DNA from: a virus
Taxonomy: Duplodnaviria; Caudoviricetes
Virus record (IMG/VR): IMGVR_UViG_3300049783_001388
Coordinates: 1-58,992 of that record
Strand: one strand, 5' to 3'
DNA length: 58,992 bases
Below the pieces are notes generated by a model that had not been told where the DNA came from, searched no databases, and saw only the letters and a list, made by a program, of their open reading frames with translations. Below are positions 1 to 10,793 of the stretch, piece by piece. The stretch's first letter is position 1. Every line of letters starts with the position of its first letter. Position numbers and translations under genes: made by a program.

Positions 1-2
1 TA

Positions 3-3000
3 AATATAACAAACGTAGATTATACAGGTGTACAAGATACATTTAATATAAACGGTGAATCTAAAAATTTATTAGAATTATTATTAATAATCATACCTAA
101 TACATTTAAAGATGATTATGAATTGTTGCATGAAGCTTTACGAACTATAAATGCAACTGCATACCAATTCGAGGATACTTTAATTATTTACAGGAAAGAT
201 GAAATTGTTGGTAGTGCTAATGAAAATATATTACCAACTCTTTCAATTGGTGCTGGAGAAAGTTTATCACCATCAATAAATAAGTTACCACTTACATTGT
301 CAAGTATTGATAATTCAAGTGTATTATTCTCAAGAGATGTAAATGTAATTTACAGTAAGGTTGATGCATTTGATTTAACAGATCTTTATTCAAACGAATA
401 TAGCAAATTGACTGGATTATCTAATTGGTTTGATGGTGATATATTTAATAGTGGTAGAGATGCTTATCTTGAACCAGAATACAATTTATATGATCAATGG
501 AGTATTATACGTTTACTCGGTAAGGGTGATTTTTCTAAGGATGGTATATGGAAGAGACCATGCGTTGTTAATCAAGGATTTCTTACTTACGAAAGGGATG
601 TTATTGTTAATTTTAGTGATGAAACTCATATTGGCAATAAAGTTGTCTCAAACCCATCTGCTTATGAATCTATAAATATAAAGGTAAAGGGTTCAGCATT
701 TAGTAATTATCTGCAATACCAAAGCTTTATGCAATTTGATTCTGATGTAGTTATTGGTCAACCATTACCTACAAAGACATCATTGGGTGTTCCTGGGTTT
801 AGGTCTTATGGTGGGTCTAATGATAATATACCATTAGAGTCACACATGGGTCTACAAATAATACATACTGATTCTAGTGGGGATAAATTTGTATATTGTA
901 GGTACTTTGAACCTGAATTCACTAACGATAATGGTGAAATTGTAGCAGAGCAAGAAATATTTTTCTGGGAGCCAAAATTAGATGGTGGTGTCAGTGATAG
1001 GATACAAAGACCTGCCAATGTTGTTGAAATTAACCCTTTACAGCATTTAAGATTTTTAGATTTAGGTCTATCAAGTGGTACAGGTTGGAATTATTCAAAT
1101 GAAGAGTTTTCAGCTAACATACCAATTAAGAGTTCTGGTAAATATGAATTTTTATTCTTTGGTATAGAGCCGGAAATGTTTGATGAACATTCTAAGGGGT
1201 GGGATAGTTTTTTTAATAAACAATGGGGAAAGCTTTTCCATGGCGATTTATATTTCAGAAGTGTTACAGTATTTAATGAAATTTATTGGAAATCTTTAGA
1301 TCATTTAGATTATGGAGATACTATAAAGCAAGCTGATTATAATGAGCTAGATAATAATCATACGATATTCAATATAAGGGATTATTTTATAGTTTCTGAC
1401 TTAACAGAATTTAATATTGATTTTAACTCAAATGTTAATTATGATGTAAATGCTGGACCAGTTGTTGTTGATATAAATACAAGTTATGGACCATCAATAT
1501 CTTTATCATCATTAGAATTTTCAATAAATTCTGGTAATACCGCTATATCTAGTAAGAAATTAATTGGTGTAAATACATCAAAAAATTCTGGGGATACAGC
1601 TGACACATTTGCTATTAGATTTAGTTCACATCCAGGATTAAGTTATGGTGCGACAGTATTAGGTAGAGACTCAATTGGCAACATTGGTAATATTGATATG
1701 CCATCTGGAAATAGTTTATTATTAGATATCGTTTCTGAGATAATGAAAAGTAAGTCTATAAATTCTAGGGTATTAGATGGAACTGTATTTGACAATGTAA
1801 TTTCAAACACTACACCAAGGATTGATTATGTTTATAATTATGATTCACAGAAGTGGTTAATTAGTAATTTAACTAGGAACTATAGATTATCTCAATCATC
1901 AATAATATTACAAAACCATTCTATAGCTCAAAGCGACATAATAGAGATACAACCTGATACTTATGTAGATCCAGATAGTTCAGCTACTGGTAATTCATCA
2001 TTTAGTTCATCAAGTTCTAGTTCATCAAGTTCTAGTTCATCGACCAATTTACCACAAATATCTAGGACATCGCAAATAATTAATGATGGTTCAGAAGGTG
2101 ATTCTAGGTATGTTGAATTAGATGAGATAGATTCATTTGCTGATTTAGATACAAGACTATATTTTGGTAGAGTTATTTGGATAAGTGGATTGACTTTTTA
2201 TGTTTGGGCGAGCAAATATAAGATTAATGGTGTTATGAGAGAAGAATTTATTTATTCAACCATAACATTAGCTTCATCTGACACAACAAACCCAAGAGTT
2301 GATACATTTATAATTAGAGATAATGGATTAAATCCAGATTCAATAATGGCTGTTCAAGGTACGGCAGCTCCAAACCCCTTTGACCCTGTAATTGATTTAG
2401 ATTACCAATTAAAGATTTCTAATGTTTATGTTGCTGCAAATTCTTTAGAACCTGATGGAGTAATAAGGGAAGATGTTTATATTGATGGTTCAGAATGGGA
2501 TATAATATCCACAACCAATATAGAGCCAATACAGGCAAATTATATAATAAGCGGTACAAATACTATAAAATTTAATAATGCTGTCTTAAACGACTATATA
2601 ACATTATCTACCGATCTATTAACGCTAAAAACATTACCAAGTACAAATATAATTTTTGATATTAATCTAAATGGTAGTTGGGATATTAATTCAATATCTT
2701 TAGATATTTATTTATTATTAGATGGAAATATTGTATCAGGTAGAGTAAGAGTTGGTAGAGATACCAGTGTATTTATATTCATAATTAATTCATTCAATGT
2801 ACAGAGGATTTCAGTTCCACTTAATTCAATTGCAGATTATAATTCTAGCTCTGAGTTTAATGGGATAATGTTTAAATTTTCTACAAGTACACCAAAGACA
2901 TTTTATATTGACAATATATTTATTTCTGGGACATTGAATAGCTCTAATCAAAATTCTGACAATTCAACGCCAGGGGGACTCTTAGGCAGTATTCAATATA

Positions 3001-5471
3001 ACGATAATGGTGTTTTTGCTGGGATAGGTTCAGTTAATACAAATACAGTTGATCTAGGATTACCACTATTATTGGAACCTATGTCTTCTCATCTAAGTGC
3101 GTCGGGTAGAGGAATGGTAGGTTACGACGATAACGGAAGACCTGTTACTGTAATGAACCAAAATGGCGATAGGAAATTAGTTTCTTTTGATGGTCAATCA
3201 ATTAATACTGAAATTATAAACGACACGAAGGTAATAAACTTTTCAATGCAATGGACTTACGGAGGATGTACTTTATTTACTATTGGTGCAAATATCACAA
3301 TTTTAATATCTAATATTGCAGACGGAGCATCTGGCATAATTTTAGTTAAGCAAGACTCTAGTGGAATGAGATCATTAACTTTAAGTACTTCTTATTCACA
3401 AGTATTAATAGGTCCAAATAATGATATAAATCAATCTGCTAATTCATACAGTACATTGACATATAAGAGGTTTAGTTCAATATTAACAATAGTTATCGCA
3501 CATGGAGGAACAAGTTCTAGTGGGGGTGGAGGAGTAACAAACGAATCTTTTGCATTTACTTGGAAAACAGATAATGCAGGGTCAAGTAACAGCGATCAAG
3601 CTAAATTGCCATTTATCATTTCAGCATCTTTAGATTGTACTGTAGATTGGGGTGACCCAGATGGTTCCACAACTGTCCTTAATTCATCAAGTTCAGCAGG
3701 AGATCTAACTCATACTTATAGCGATGGAGCAGGGACAAAGAGTATTTCTATTTCTGGAACTGGAGTTAATGGGTTTGCTTTCATAGATACAGGAGATAAA
3801 TTGAAACTTTTAGAAGTTTCAAATGTTTCTGGGTTAGACATAACAGAAGTTTCAACATTTGAGGGATGCGAGAACATGACATGGATAGCAATTTCAGCAC
3901 CAATTATTACTTCAACTGATTTATCTAGAACATTTAGAGAATGCAATGATTTCAATGGGGATATAGGTAACTGGGATGTCAGTAATGTTACGGATATATC
4001 GTGGATGTTTAATAATGCAGATTTATTTAATCAAGACATTAGTTCTTGGGACGTGAGTAGTGTTATAAATATGAGAGCTTTATTCTTTTCAGCTGCAAAC
4101 TTTAACCAAGACATTAGTTCTTGGAATACGATAAATGTTACGAGTATGTCTTTTACGTTTGGCAACACACAATCATTTAATCAACCTTTAAATAGTTGGA
4201 ATGTGGGTAATGTTTCCACAATGAGTTATATGCTTTATGGGAACCCTATTTTTAATCAACCGTTAAATAGTTGGAATATGAGTAGTGTTACGAATATAAG
4301 TTTCATGCTAGATAACACAGTCTCTTTTAACCAAGATATTAGTTCTTGGGACATTAATCAGCTTACTAATATTTCAAACTTTTTAAGAGGTGTTATTTTG
4401 TCTACATCAAATTATAACCTTATTCTACCTGCTTGGGATGTGCAAGGTGCAATGTCTTTTAGTGGAACAGCTCACTTCGGTGGGAGTATCTATACAAGTG
4501 GTGGTGCAGTAGAAGCAGCTAGGACTAGTTTAATTTCTAAATGGGGCGGTATCATAGATGGTGGAGGAACAGGTGGAAGTTCAAGCTCAATAGTAGGGTT
4601 TGTATTTGCTTGGAAAACCGACAATGCAGGATCAAGTAACAGCGATCAAGCAACACTACCTTTTATAATATCATCTATTTTAGATTGTACTGTAGATTGG
4701 GGTGACTCAGATGGTTCCACAACTGTTCTTAATTCATCAAGTTCAACATCAGATCTAACTCACACTTACAGTGATGGTGCGGGAACAAAGATTATTTCTA
4801 TTTCTGGGACTGGTGTTAATGGGTTTAAATTCAATAATACAGGCGACAAATTAAAAATGTTAGAAATTAGCGATGTTACGTATTTAGATATAACGGAAAT
4901 TGGAACATTTTATGGTTGCAGGAACATGACATGGACAGCGACAAGTGCGCCAACTATTTCAACAACAAGTTTAGAAAGTACTTTTTATAATTGTAGGTAT
5001 TTCAATGGAAATATAGATAACTGGAATGTCAGTAGCGTTACAAGTATTAAAACTATGTTTACGTTTAACTCACTTTTTAACCAACCACTAAATTCTTGGG
5101 ACGTTAGTAATATTACAGATATGACTGCTTTATTTTCATATTCTGGTTTTAATCAGCCATTAAATAACTGGGACACAAGTAGTGTTACGAATGTATTTTT
5201 TATGTTTGATAATGCAGGCTCTTTCAATCAAGACATTAGTTCTTGGGACATGAATCAAGTTATTTCCTTTGGTAACTTTATGGTAAATGCAACTTTATCA
5301 ACAACAAATTACAACGCAATATTATTGGCTTGGAACACACAGGGGGCTATGTCTTATAGTGGATCTGTGAGTTTTGGATTAAGTAAATACACAGGAGGTG
5401 GAGCAGTAGAAACCGCAAGAACAAGCTTAATTTCTAAATGGGGCGGAATATCAGACGGAGGAGTAGTTTAA
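3..5471 (+). CDS. Large tail/adhesin virion protein with two C-terminal PKD-like + DUF285 (BspA-type) repeat modules; 5' end lies outside the window
   Basis: The frame is open from position 3, with no stop upstream of the TTG at 123. Ser-rich linker; repeats of WDVSnVTxMxxMFxxxxxFNQxLxxW; two FxWKTDN...VDWGD...HTY modules. Confidence 0.8.
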   Translation, partial: NITNVDYTGVQDTFNINGESKNLLELLLIIIPNTFKDDYELLHEALRTINATAYQFEDTLIIYRKDEIVGSANENILPTLSIGAGESLSPSINKLPLTLSSIDNSSVLFSRDVNVIYSKVDAFDLTDLYSNEYSKLTGLSNWFDGDIFNSGRDAYLEPEYNLYDQWSIIRLLGKGDFSKDGIWKRPCVVNQGFLTYERDVIVNFSDETHIGNKVVSNPSAYESINIKVKGSAFSNYLQYQSFMQFDSDVVIGQPLPTKTSLGVPGFRSYGGSNDNIPLESHMGLQIIHTDSSGDKFVYCRYFEPEFTNDNGEIVAEQEIFFWEPKLDGGVSDRIQRPANVVEINPLQHLRFLDLGLSSGTGWNYSNEEFSANIPIKSSGKYEFLFFGIEPEMFDEHSKGWDSFFNKQWGKLFHGDLYFRSVTVFNEIYWKSLDHLDYGDTIKQADYNELDNNHTIFNIRDYFIVSDLTEFNIDFNSNVNYDVNAGPVVVDINTSYGPSISLSSLEFSINSGNTAISSKKLIGVNTSKNSGDTADTFAIRFSSHPGLSYGATVLGRDSIGNIGNIDMPSGNSLLLDIVSEIMKSKSINSRVLDGTVFDNVISNTTPRIDYVYNYDSQKWLISNLTRNYRLSQSSIILQNHSIAQSDIIEIQPDTYVDPDSSATGNSSFSSSSSSSSSSSSSTNLPQISRTSQIINDGSEGDSRYVELDEIDSFADLDTRLYFGRVIWISGLTFYVWASKYKINGVMREEFIYSTITLASSDTTNPRVDTFIIRDNGLNPDSIMAVQGTAAPNPFDPVIDLDYQLKISNVYVAANSLEPDGVIREDVYIDGSEWDIISTTNIEPIQANYIISGTNTIKFNNAVLNDYITLSTDLLTLKTLPSTNIIFDINLNGSWDINSISLDIYLLLDGNIVSGRVRVGRDTSVFIFIINSFNVQRISVPLNSIADYNSSSEFNGIMFKFSTSTPKTFYIDNIFISGTLNSSNQNSDNSTPGGLLGSIQYNDNGVFAGIGSVNTNTVDLGLPLLLEPMSSHLSASGRGMVGYDDNGRPVTVMNQNGDRKLVSFDGQSINTEIINDTKVINFSMQWTYGGCTLFTIGANITILISNIADGASGIILVKQDSSGMRSLTLSTSYSQVLIGPNNDINQSANSYSTLTYKRFSSILTIVIAHGGTSSSGGGGVTNESFAFTWKTDNAGSSNSDQAKLPFIISASLDCTVDWGDPDGSTTVLNSSSSAGDLTHTYSDGAGTKSISISGTGVNGFAFIDTGDKLKLLEVSNVSGLDITEVSTFEGCENMTWIAISAPIITSTDLSRTFRECNDFNGDIGNWDVSNVTDISWMFNNADLFNQDISSWDVSSVINMRALFFSAANFNQDISSWNTINVTSMSFTFGNTQSFNQPLNSWNVGNVSTMSYMLYGNPIFNQPLNSWNMSSVTNISFMLDNTVSFNQDISSWDINQLTNISNFLRGVILSTSNYNLILPAWDVQGAMSFSGTAHFGGSIYTSGGAVEAARTSLISKWGGIIDGGGTGGSSSSIVGFVFAWKTDNAGSSNSDQATLPFIISSILDCTVDWGDSDGSTTVLNSSSSTSDLTHTYSDGAGTKIISISGTGVNGFKFNNTGDKLKMLEISDVTYLDITEIGTFYGCRNMTWTATSAPTISTTSLESTFYNCRYFNGNIDNWNVSSVTSIKTMFTFNSLFNQPLNSWDVSNITDMTALFSYSGFNQPLNNWDTSSVTNVFFMFDNAGSFNQDISSWDMNQVISFGNFMVNATLSTTNYNAILLAWNTQGAMSYSGSVSFGLSKYTGGGAVETARTSLISKWGGISDGGVV
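2006..2041 (+). repeat. 15-nt tandem repeat (TTCATCAAGTTCTAG) encoding a poly-Ser linker
   Basis: About 2.4 direct copies are visible, in frame with the SSSSSS run. Confidence 0.8.
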
Positions 5472-5477
5472 TAAATA

Positions 5478-5509
5478 ATCAAACCTTGCAATAATATGTA
5501 GGGTTTGAT
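5478..5509 (+). terminator. Intergenic hairpin (terminator or processing site)
   Basis: ATCAAACCTTGCA / TGTAGGGTTTGAT inverted repeat just after the stop; weak U tail. Confidence 0.5.
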
Positions 5510-5533
5510 ATTTAAATAATTTTATATTAATTA

Positions 5534-5869
5534 ATGCCAGAAAGGTATAAAAATCAAAAAATGAAAAAAGCAATATTAGATAGTCAAACAAATTACCAAA
5601 ATGCAACATCAGGGGCTAATGGTATCGTAGTACTTTTATCAGGTAATGTGCCTGTATCATCTCATGAATATTTTGTAGTTACTGCAGAAACAGAAAGTAC
5701 AATTTCTTTTGATAGTTCAGTTGAAGCAGGAGATACTTATGCTGATCAATCTGTTTCTGGTATGATTATTTTAGCTGGACAATCAATTGTAACAGGACCT
5801 ATAAAAAACTTAACTGTGACAGGGGAAGGGGCAAAAGTATCTGCTAGTCTCTTAAATAGACCTAAATAG
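5534..5869 (+). CDS. Small beta-rich putative virion protein
   Basis: ORF between two adhesin genes. The start may be the ATG at 5561. Confidence 0.6.
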   Translation: MPERYKNQKMKKAILDSQTNYQNATSGANGIVVLLSGNVPVSSHEYFVVTAETESTISFDSSVEAGDTYADQSVSGMIILAGQSIVTGPIKNLTVTGEGAKVSASLLNRPK

Positions 5870-7764
5870 TGATTTTAGGTCATATTGTTGGGTTGCGATA
5901 CTCAATGAGTTTAATAAATTTGATCCCCCTAGAATCTTTTTATTTTACTTGGAAAACAGATAATGCAGGATCAAGTAACAACGATCAAGCTACTCTACCT
6001 TTTACTATTTCAGCATCTTTAGATTGTATTGTAGATTGGGATGACCCAGATGGTTCCACAACTGTCCTTAATTCATCAAGTTCAGTAGGAGATTTAACGC
6101 ATACTTATAGCGATGGAGTAGGAACTAAAAATATTTCAATATCAGGTACAGGAATTAATAGATTTGCATTCACCAATGGTGGAGATAAATTAAAGATTTT
6201 AGAAGTTATTAATTGTGGTAATTTAGATATAACACAAGCTAGAACATTTTTAGGTTGCAGTAATTTGACGTGGACGGCAAAAGATGCACCTATTATTTCC
6301 ACAACTGATTTAACTGAAACCTTTAGAGGTTGCGTTAATTTTAATGGAAAGATCAATAATTGGGATGTTAGTAGTGTTTCTTCTATTGCTAATATGTTTC
6401 ACTTAGCATCATCTTTTAATCAACCATTAAACAATTGGAATACAAGTAGTATAACAAATATGGATAATGTATTTAGGCAAGCTTCTGTTTTCAATCAGCC
6501 TTTAGGCAATTGGAATACAAGTAGTGTGACCAGTATGCAGTTAACATTTTATCTTACAGTATCTTTTGACCAAGACATTAGTTCTTGGGACGTAAATCAA
6601 GTTACACTCTTTAATCTATTTCACTCAGGAGAACTATCTAGGTCAAATTACGATGCATTACTAATAGCGTGGGATTCACAAGGCGTAATGTCTTTTAGTG
6701 GTACGGTTCCTTTTGGATCAAGTAAATACACATTAGGTGGATTGGCAGAATCTTCAAGATCTAGTTTAGTAACTAAATGGGGAGGTATTACTGATGGTGG
6801 AGGAATAGTAAATGAAAATTTTGATTTTACATGGAAAACAGATAATGTTGGAACATCAAATGACGATCAAGCTACTTTGCCTATAATAATTTCTGCTGAT
6901 TTAGATTGTATAGTTGATTGGGGCGATGATGATGGCTCTACAACTACTTTAAACTCGGCAAGTTCAGCAGGAGATTTAACGCATACGTATAGTGGAGGAT
7001 TAGGGACAAAGAGTATTTCTATTTCTGGAACTGGAATTAATGGGTTTAAATTTAATGATGGAGGTGACAAGTTAAAAATATTAGAAGTTTCAAATGTTGG
7101 TAATTTAGATATAACAGAAAGAGAAACATTTTTTGGTTGCACTAATTTGACTTGGACGGCTACGGCTGCACCAAATATTACGGCAACTGATTTAACTAGC
7201 ACTTTTGACAATTGCACTAATTTTAATGGAAACATCAATAATTGGGATGTTAGTAATGTTCAGACTATGTTTGCGTTTTTTGAAAACGCAATATCTTTTA
7301 ATCAACCATTAAACAATTGGAATACAAGTAGTTTTGTTTATGCAACAAGTCTTTTTAGAGGCGCAACATCTTTTAACCAACCATTAAATAACTGGGATGT
7401 TAGTAGTGTTACTGGAATGCTTTTAATGTTTCAAAATGCAACATCTTTTGACCAAGACATTAGTTCTTGGGACATTAATCAGGTTACTAATTTAAACCTT
7501 TTCATGAGCGGTGTTACTTTATCAACAACCAACTACGATTTATTATTAGTTGGATGGGCGGGACAAGGGGCTATGTCTTACTCAGGTACGACTCCTTTTG
7601 GATCAAGTAAATACACATTAGGTGGATTGGCAGAATCTTCAAGATCTAGTTTAGTAACTGAATGGGGAGGAGTTACAGATGGTGGAGGAATAGTAAATGA
7701 AAATTTATTACAAGAAGACAATTCTTTTCTACTTCAAGAAAATAACGATAAAATAATATTATAA
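5869..7764 (+). CDS. Second adhesin/tail fibre with two PKD-like + DUF285 (BspA-type) modules
   Basis: Same module as the upstream gene, twice; C-terminal LLQEDNSFLLQEN motif of the kind seen in phage fibre proteins. Confidence 0.8.
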   Translation: MILGHIVGLRYSMSLINLIPLESFYFTWKTDNAGSSNNDQATLPFTISASLDCIVDWDDPDGSTTVLNSSSSVGDLTHTYSDGVGTKNISISGTGINRFAFTNGGDKLKILEVINCGNLDITQARTFLGCSNLTWTAKDAPIISTTDLTETFRGCVNFNGKINNWDVSSVSSIANMFHLASSFNQPLNNWNTSSITNMDNVFRQASVFNQPLGNWNTSSVTSMQLTFYLTVSFDQDISSWDVNQVTLFNLFHSGELSRSNYDALLIAWDSQGVMSFSGTVPFGSSKYTLGGLAESSRSSLVTKWGGITDGGGIVNENFDFTWKTDNVGTSNDDQATLPIIISADLDCIVDWGDDDGSTTTLNSASSAGDLTHTYSGGLGTKSISISGTGINGFKFNDGGDKLKILEVSNVGNLDITERETFFGCTNLTWTATAAPNITATDLTSTFDNCTNFNGNINNWDVSNVQTMFAFFENAISFNQPLNNWNTSSFVYATSLFRGATSFNQPLNNWDVSSVTGMLLMFQNATSFDQDISSWDINQVTNLNLFMSGVTLSTTNYDLLLVGWAGQGAMSYSGTTPFGSSKYTLGGLAESSRSSLVTEWGGVTDGGGIVNENLLQEDNSFLLQENNDKIIL

Positions 7765-7779
7765 ATAAAACATTTTAAA

Positions 7780-8208
7780 ATGGCAGATTCAAAAATTTCC
7801 AATTTACCAGTAATTACGGAAGCAGAAGCAATCTCAGTAATTCCAATCGTACAAAATGGTGTAACGAGTAAAATATCAGTATCTAACTTGACAAATGAGT
7901 ACATAAGAAAAGCTGAACATAGTGTTTTAGCTATTACAACATCACAAGCTATAAATCTTAGTACAACTTTTTCAGTTAATATTATTAGAGTTTTAAACCC
8001 AGGATTAACATTGACTTTACAGTTTCCTATAAACCCTATAGAATCGCAAATATGTCAGTTTACAACTCTTGCAAATACAGTTACTTTAATAGTTGGAACA
8101 GGTGGGACCTTTTCAGTAGATCCAAGTTATGCAGCAGCACCAACCGCTGGATTTAGTGCTACTTATGTGTATCATTTGACTGATGATACTTGGTATAAAA
8201 TAGGTTAA
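7780..8208 (+). CDS. Putative tail-fibre-associated protein
   Basis: MADSKISNLP N-terminus typical of phage fibre proteins; gene context. Confidence 0.55.
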   Translation: MADSKISNLPVITEAEAISVIPIVQNGVTSKISVSNLTNEYIRKAEHSVLAITTSQAINLSTTFSVNIIRVLNPGLTLTLQFPINPIESQICQFTTLANTVTLIVGTGGTFSVDPSYAAAPTAGFSATYVYHLTDDTWYKIG

Positions 8209-8230
8209 TAAAAATAAATAAATAATAATT

Positions 8231-8452
8231 ATGGAAATGGATACAGAAAACGAAAACAATGGCATTTTTAAACCGAGTACTATCGTACATTACATTGCTA
8301 GAGATGAGAATGATACTATAAGAGATTATGGGTCAGTAGGTATAGGGTTGGTTTGGACAACAAAATGGGCAAAATTTAAAAGATACCCCGACAAAGAAGA
8401 ATACGTTAACGTCTTGCTAGATAGTGGGATAGCATTAGAAGGAGAAATATAA
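8231..8452 (+). CDS. Hypothetical protein
   Basis: ORF tightly coupled to the next gene. Confidence 0.55.
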   Translation: MEMDTENENNGIFKPSTIVHYIARDENDTIRDYGSVGIGLVWTTKWAKFKRYPDKEEYVNVLLDSGIALEGEI

Positions 8453-8835
8453 TGAAAAAATTAAAAGACAGATTATTGAAATTGGTGCTTTCCACCGTAA
8501 ACAAATTTAAAGATTTTTTTTATATGATCTTTTCATTAGATTTTATATCTAAATCAGTTGAATGGGTAATTCCCACTATAGATAAATTGAAACATTACTA
8601 TTTATGGTCTTTATCATTTTTTGTGATGATATACTTATTTTATTTCATAGAAATTTTAACAGGGTTATATATTTCAGACTGGTATGCTTATGCGATAACT
8701 GTAATAAGCGCATTATGGAAAGAATTATATAATGATAAATACCTTAAAAAGGGGGACGCTGAATTAAAAGATTTCCTTGCAGGAATAGCTATCGCAACAT
8801 TTTATATGATCAAAATTAAATTATTGATAATATAA
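8452..8835 (+). CDS. Small membrane protein
   Basis: Three hydrophobic segments; DKLKH...KELY...DFLAG pattern. Confidence 0.6.
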   Translation: MKKLKDRLLKLVLSTVNKFKDFFYMIFSLDFISKSVEWVIPTIDKLKHYYLWSLSFFVMIYLFYFIEILTGLYISDWYAYAITVISALWKELYNDKYLKKGDAELKDFLAGIAIATFYMIKIKLLII

Positions 8836-8851
8836 AAAATATAGTAATTAC

Positions 8852-9532
8852 ATGACAGATATAATAATACCTTCAATACTAACTTCTTTAACCCTTTTAA
8901 TCCCAGCCTACCTCTTACATAAAAGAGAAATGAGGAAGATAAAAAACGAAGTATCATTTAAAGAATTACAATTAAATAAATCAAAAGAACTATCATTATT
9001 AAATATGAAAAAGGCAGACTATTTGCCTAGGATAATGACATTGAGGAATTCTTCAAGCATTACTCATGCAGTTCAAGAAATATTTAATCTAACTAAAGCT
9101 ACAAGGTTTTTAATCTTTATTGGGGTTAACGGTAAATTTGATTTAAATTCTGTATCTTGTGTTTGGTATCTTTATAAGAACGAAAAAGATAATGTAGATG
9201 CTATTAAGAAATATGCATCTGTTGACATTACTGAAGATTCTTTCTATAAGGGGCTACTCAAAAAAGTTTCTAAATATACACATAAATATGAAGAAATTGA
9301 AACATTGAAAATGCCAGAAAGTTTATTAAAGCATATTTATTACGAAGAGGAAGTTACTCATACAAAAATTGGTTTCTTAAATAGGGAAGAAATAGATAAA
9401 GAAAATGATTTCTTAGCTTTCTTTTCGGTAAGTACAGATGAAGATGAAGGTTATACACCAATGGAAAAAAGTATAATTAAAAGGATAGTAGATTCACAAA
9501 TAAAAACAAATTTAATATCCATATTAGATTAA
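8852..9532 (+). CDS. Membrane-anchored protein with soluble C-terminal domain, possibly a T4 T-like holin
   Basis: One N-terminal transmembrane segment, then a GAF-like alpha/beta pattern; near the lysis genes. Function is inferred. Confidence 0.4.
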   Translation: MTDIIIPSILTSLTLLIPAYLLHKREMRKIKNEVSFKELQLNKSKELSLLNMKKADYLPRIMTLRNSSSITHAVQEIFNLTKATRFLIFIGVNGKFDLNSVSCVWYLYKNEKDNVDAIKKYASVDITEDSFYKGLLKKVSKYTHKYEEIETLKMPESLLKHIYYEEEVTHTKIGFLNREEIDKENDFLAFFSVSTDEDEGYTPMEKSIIKRIVDSQIKTNLISILD

Positions 9533-9565
9533 TAATTTAAATTAAATGGGCAGAATGCCAAAAGT

Positions 9566-10654
9566 ATGAAAAAAATAATAGAAAGTATTAGGAGTGGGGC
9601 AGAAAGCATAACTCTTCCACAAAGAAATTCATCATTAGAATCTAAAACAAAAGAAGATTCAATTACTGATTTTGATTGGTGGGCTGATGATTGGTATCCA
9701 AAATATATGTCAATTGGAGCAAGCGTATTTAATGTAATTTCTGGGAAAGTGCATTCAGTTCCATCTTTAGATTTTAAAGCATCTACCGTAGATGTTAGCG
9801 CAGATTTAGAAGATGCAGATGTTTCATTTGATCTTATGGATAGAACACCTAGAAGAGTTGGTGTTTCTGTTAAGATTTCTAAGGAGCTTATCGGCAGTAT
9901 GACAGATGGTCAAATTATGTCCATTATAAAATCTGGAATCCATGCAATAAATGAAGAAATATTTGGCAATTTAATTATAGATGCATTAGACAAAAGTGTT
10001 AGAACTTCAGGTAACTTAGATGTACCTGGATTAATTGGGTTACAAGTAGAAGTAGATAGTAATTACGGTTCTTACTTTGCTGGGACTAAATTGTTGAATT
10101 ATTGCAAGGGAGTACCTACAAATAATGGATATTTAATAAGTGGCAATGTTAATGAATATGCAACTTCATTTGATGGTATTCGTGCTTGTGGAACTAAAAA
10201 AGTAATTGACCAATCAATAATCGGTTTCGGAGATTTTAGACATTCTGCTGTAATACTTTATGATTCAATAAGCATTCAGAGAAATGATTTAACAGAAGCT
10301 AAGAATGGAAAAGTTGTATTTACATTTTCACAAATAGTAACAACTGGTATCATAACTCCAGAAAAATTTGCAACGACACAAATTTCAATTCCGGTAATCA
10401 CTAGACAACCAAAAGATATTCAAAAGAATATTGGGGATATAGCCGTATTGTCTGTTCAGTCTTATGGTTCAGCTTCAATACAATGGAAGAAAGGTGGAGT
10501 AGATATTTCTGATAGTGTAAATCATATATCTGGTTCAAGTACTAATAAATTAGTCATTAGTAATATTGAAGCAGGGGATATATCAGCTGGATATACTGCT
10601 GTATTGACAAATAGTTTAGGGTCTGTAACAACTGTTTCAGTTTCTATAACATAG
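9566..10654 (+). CDS. HK97-like major-capsid-fold protein with C-terminal Ig-like domain
   Basis: PRRVGVSVKISKELI and FGDF...I...VVF motifs resemble phage capsid family proteins. PVITRQP...QWKK...L.ISN...YT..LTNSLG is an I-set Ig signature. Confidence 0.6.
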   Translation: MKKIIESIRSGAESITLPQRNSSLESKTKEDSITDFDWWADDWYPKYMSIGASVFNVISGKVHSVPSLDFKASTVDVSADLEDADVSFDLMDRTPRRVGVSVKISKELIGSMTDGQIMSIIKSGIHAINEEIFGNLIIDALDKSVRTSGNLDVPGLIGLQVEVDSNYGSYFAGTKLLNYCKGVPTNNGYLISGNVNEYATSFDGIRACGTKKVIDQSIIGFGDFRHSAVILYDSISIQRNDLTEAKNGKVVFTFSQIVTTGIITPEKFATTQISIPVITRQPKDIQKNIGDIAVLSVQSYGSASIQWKKGGVDISDSVNHISGSSTNKLVISNIEAGDISAGYTAVLTNSLGSVTTVSVSIT

Positions 10655-10793
10655 CAAATTTTAAGACACTTTATATTGCTTTAAATATACTTTATTTAAT
10701 TACTTTATATAGTGTCTTAAATACTATTTAAATTATCTTATTATACTAAACATAGATATTAATAATAGTTAACAATTAAAATTTTATAATATT

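Noticed and set aside
3543-7700. Diversity-generating retroelement acting on the adhesin repeats
   Set aside because: No reverse transcriptase in the window, all repeats are coding, and the differences are not visibly restricted to adenines.
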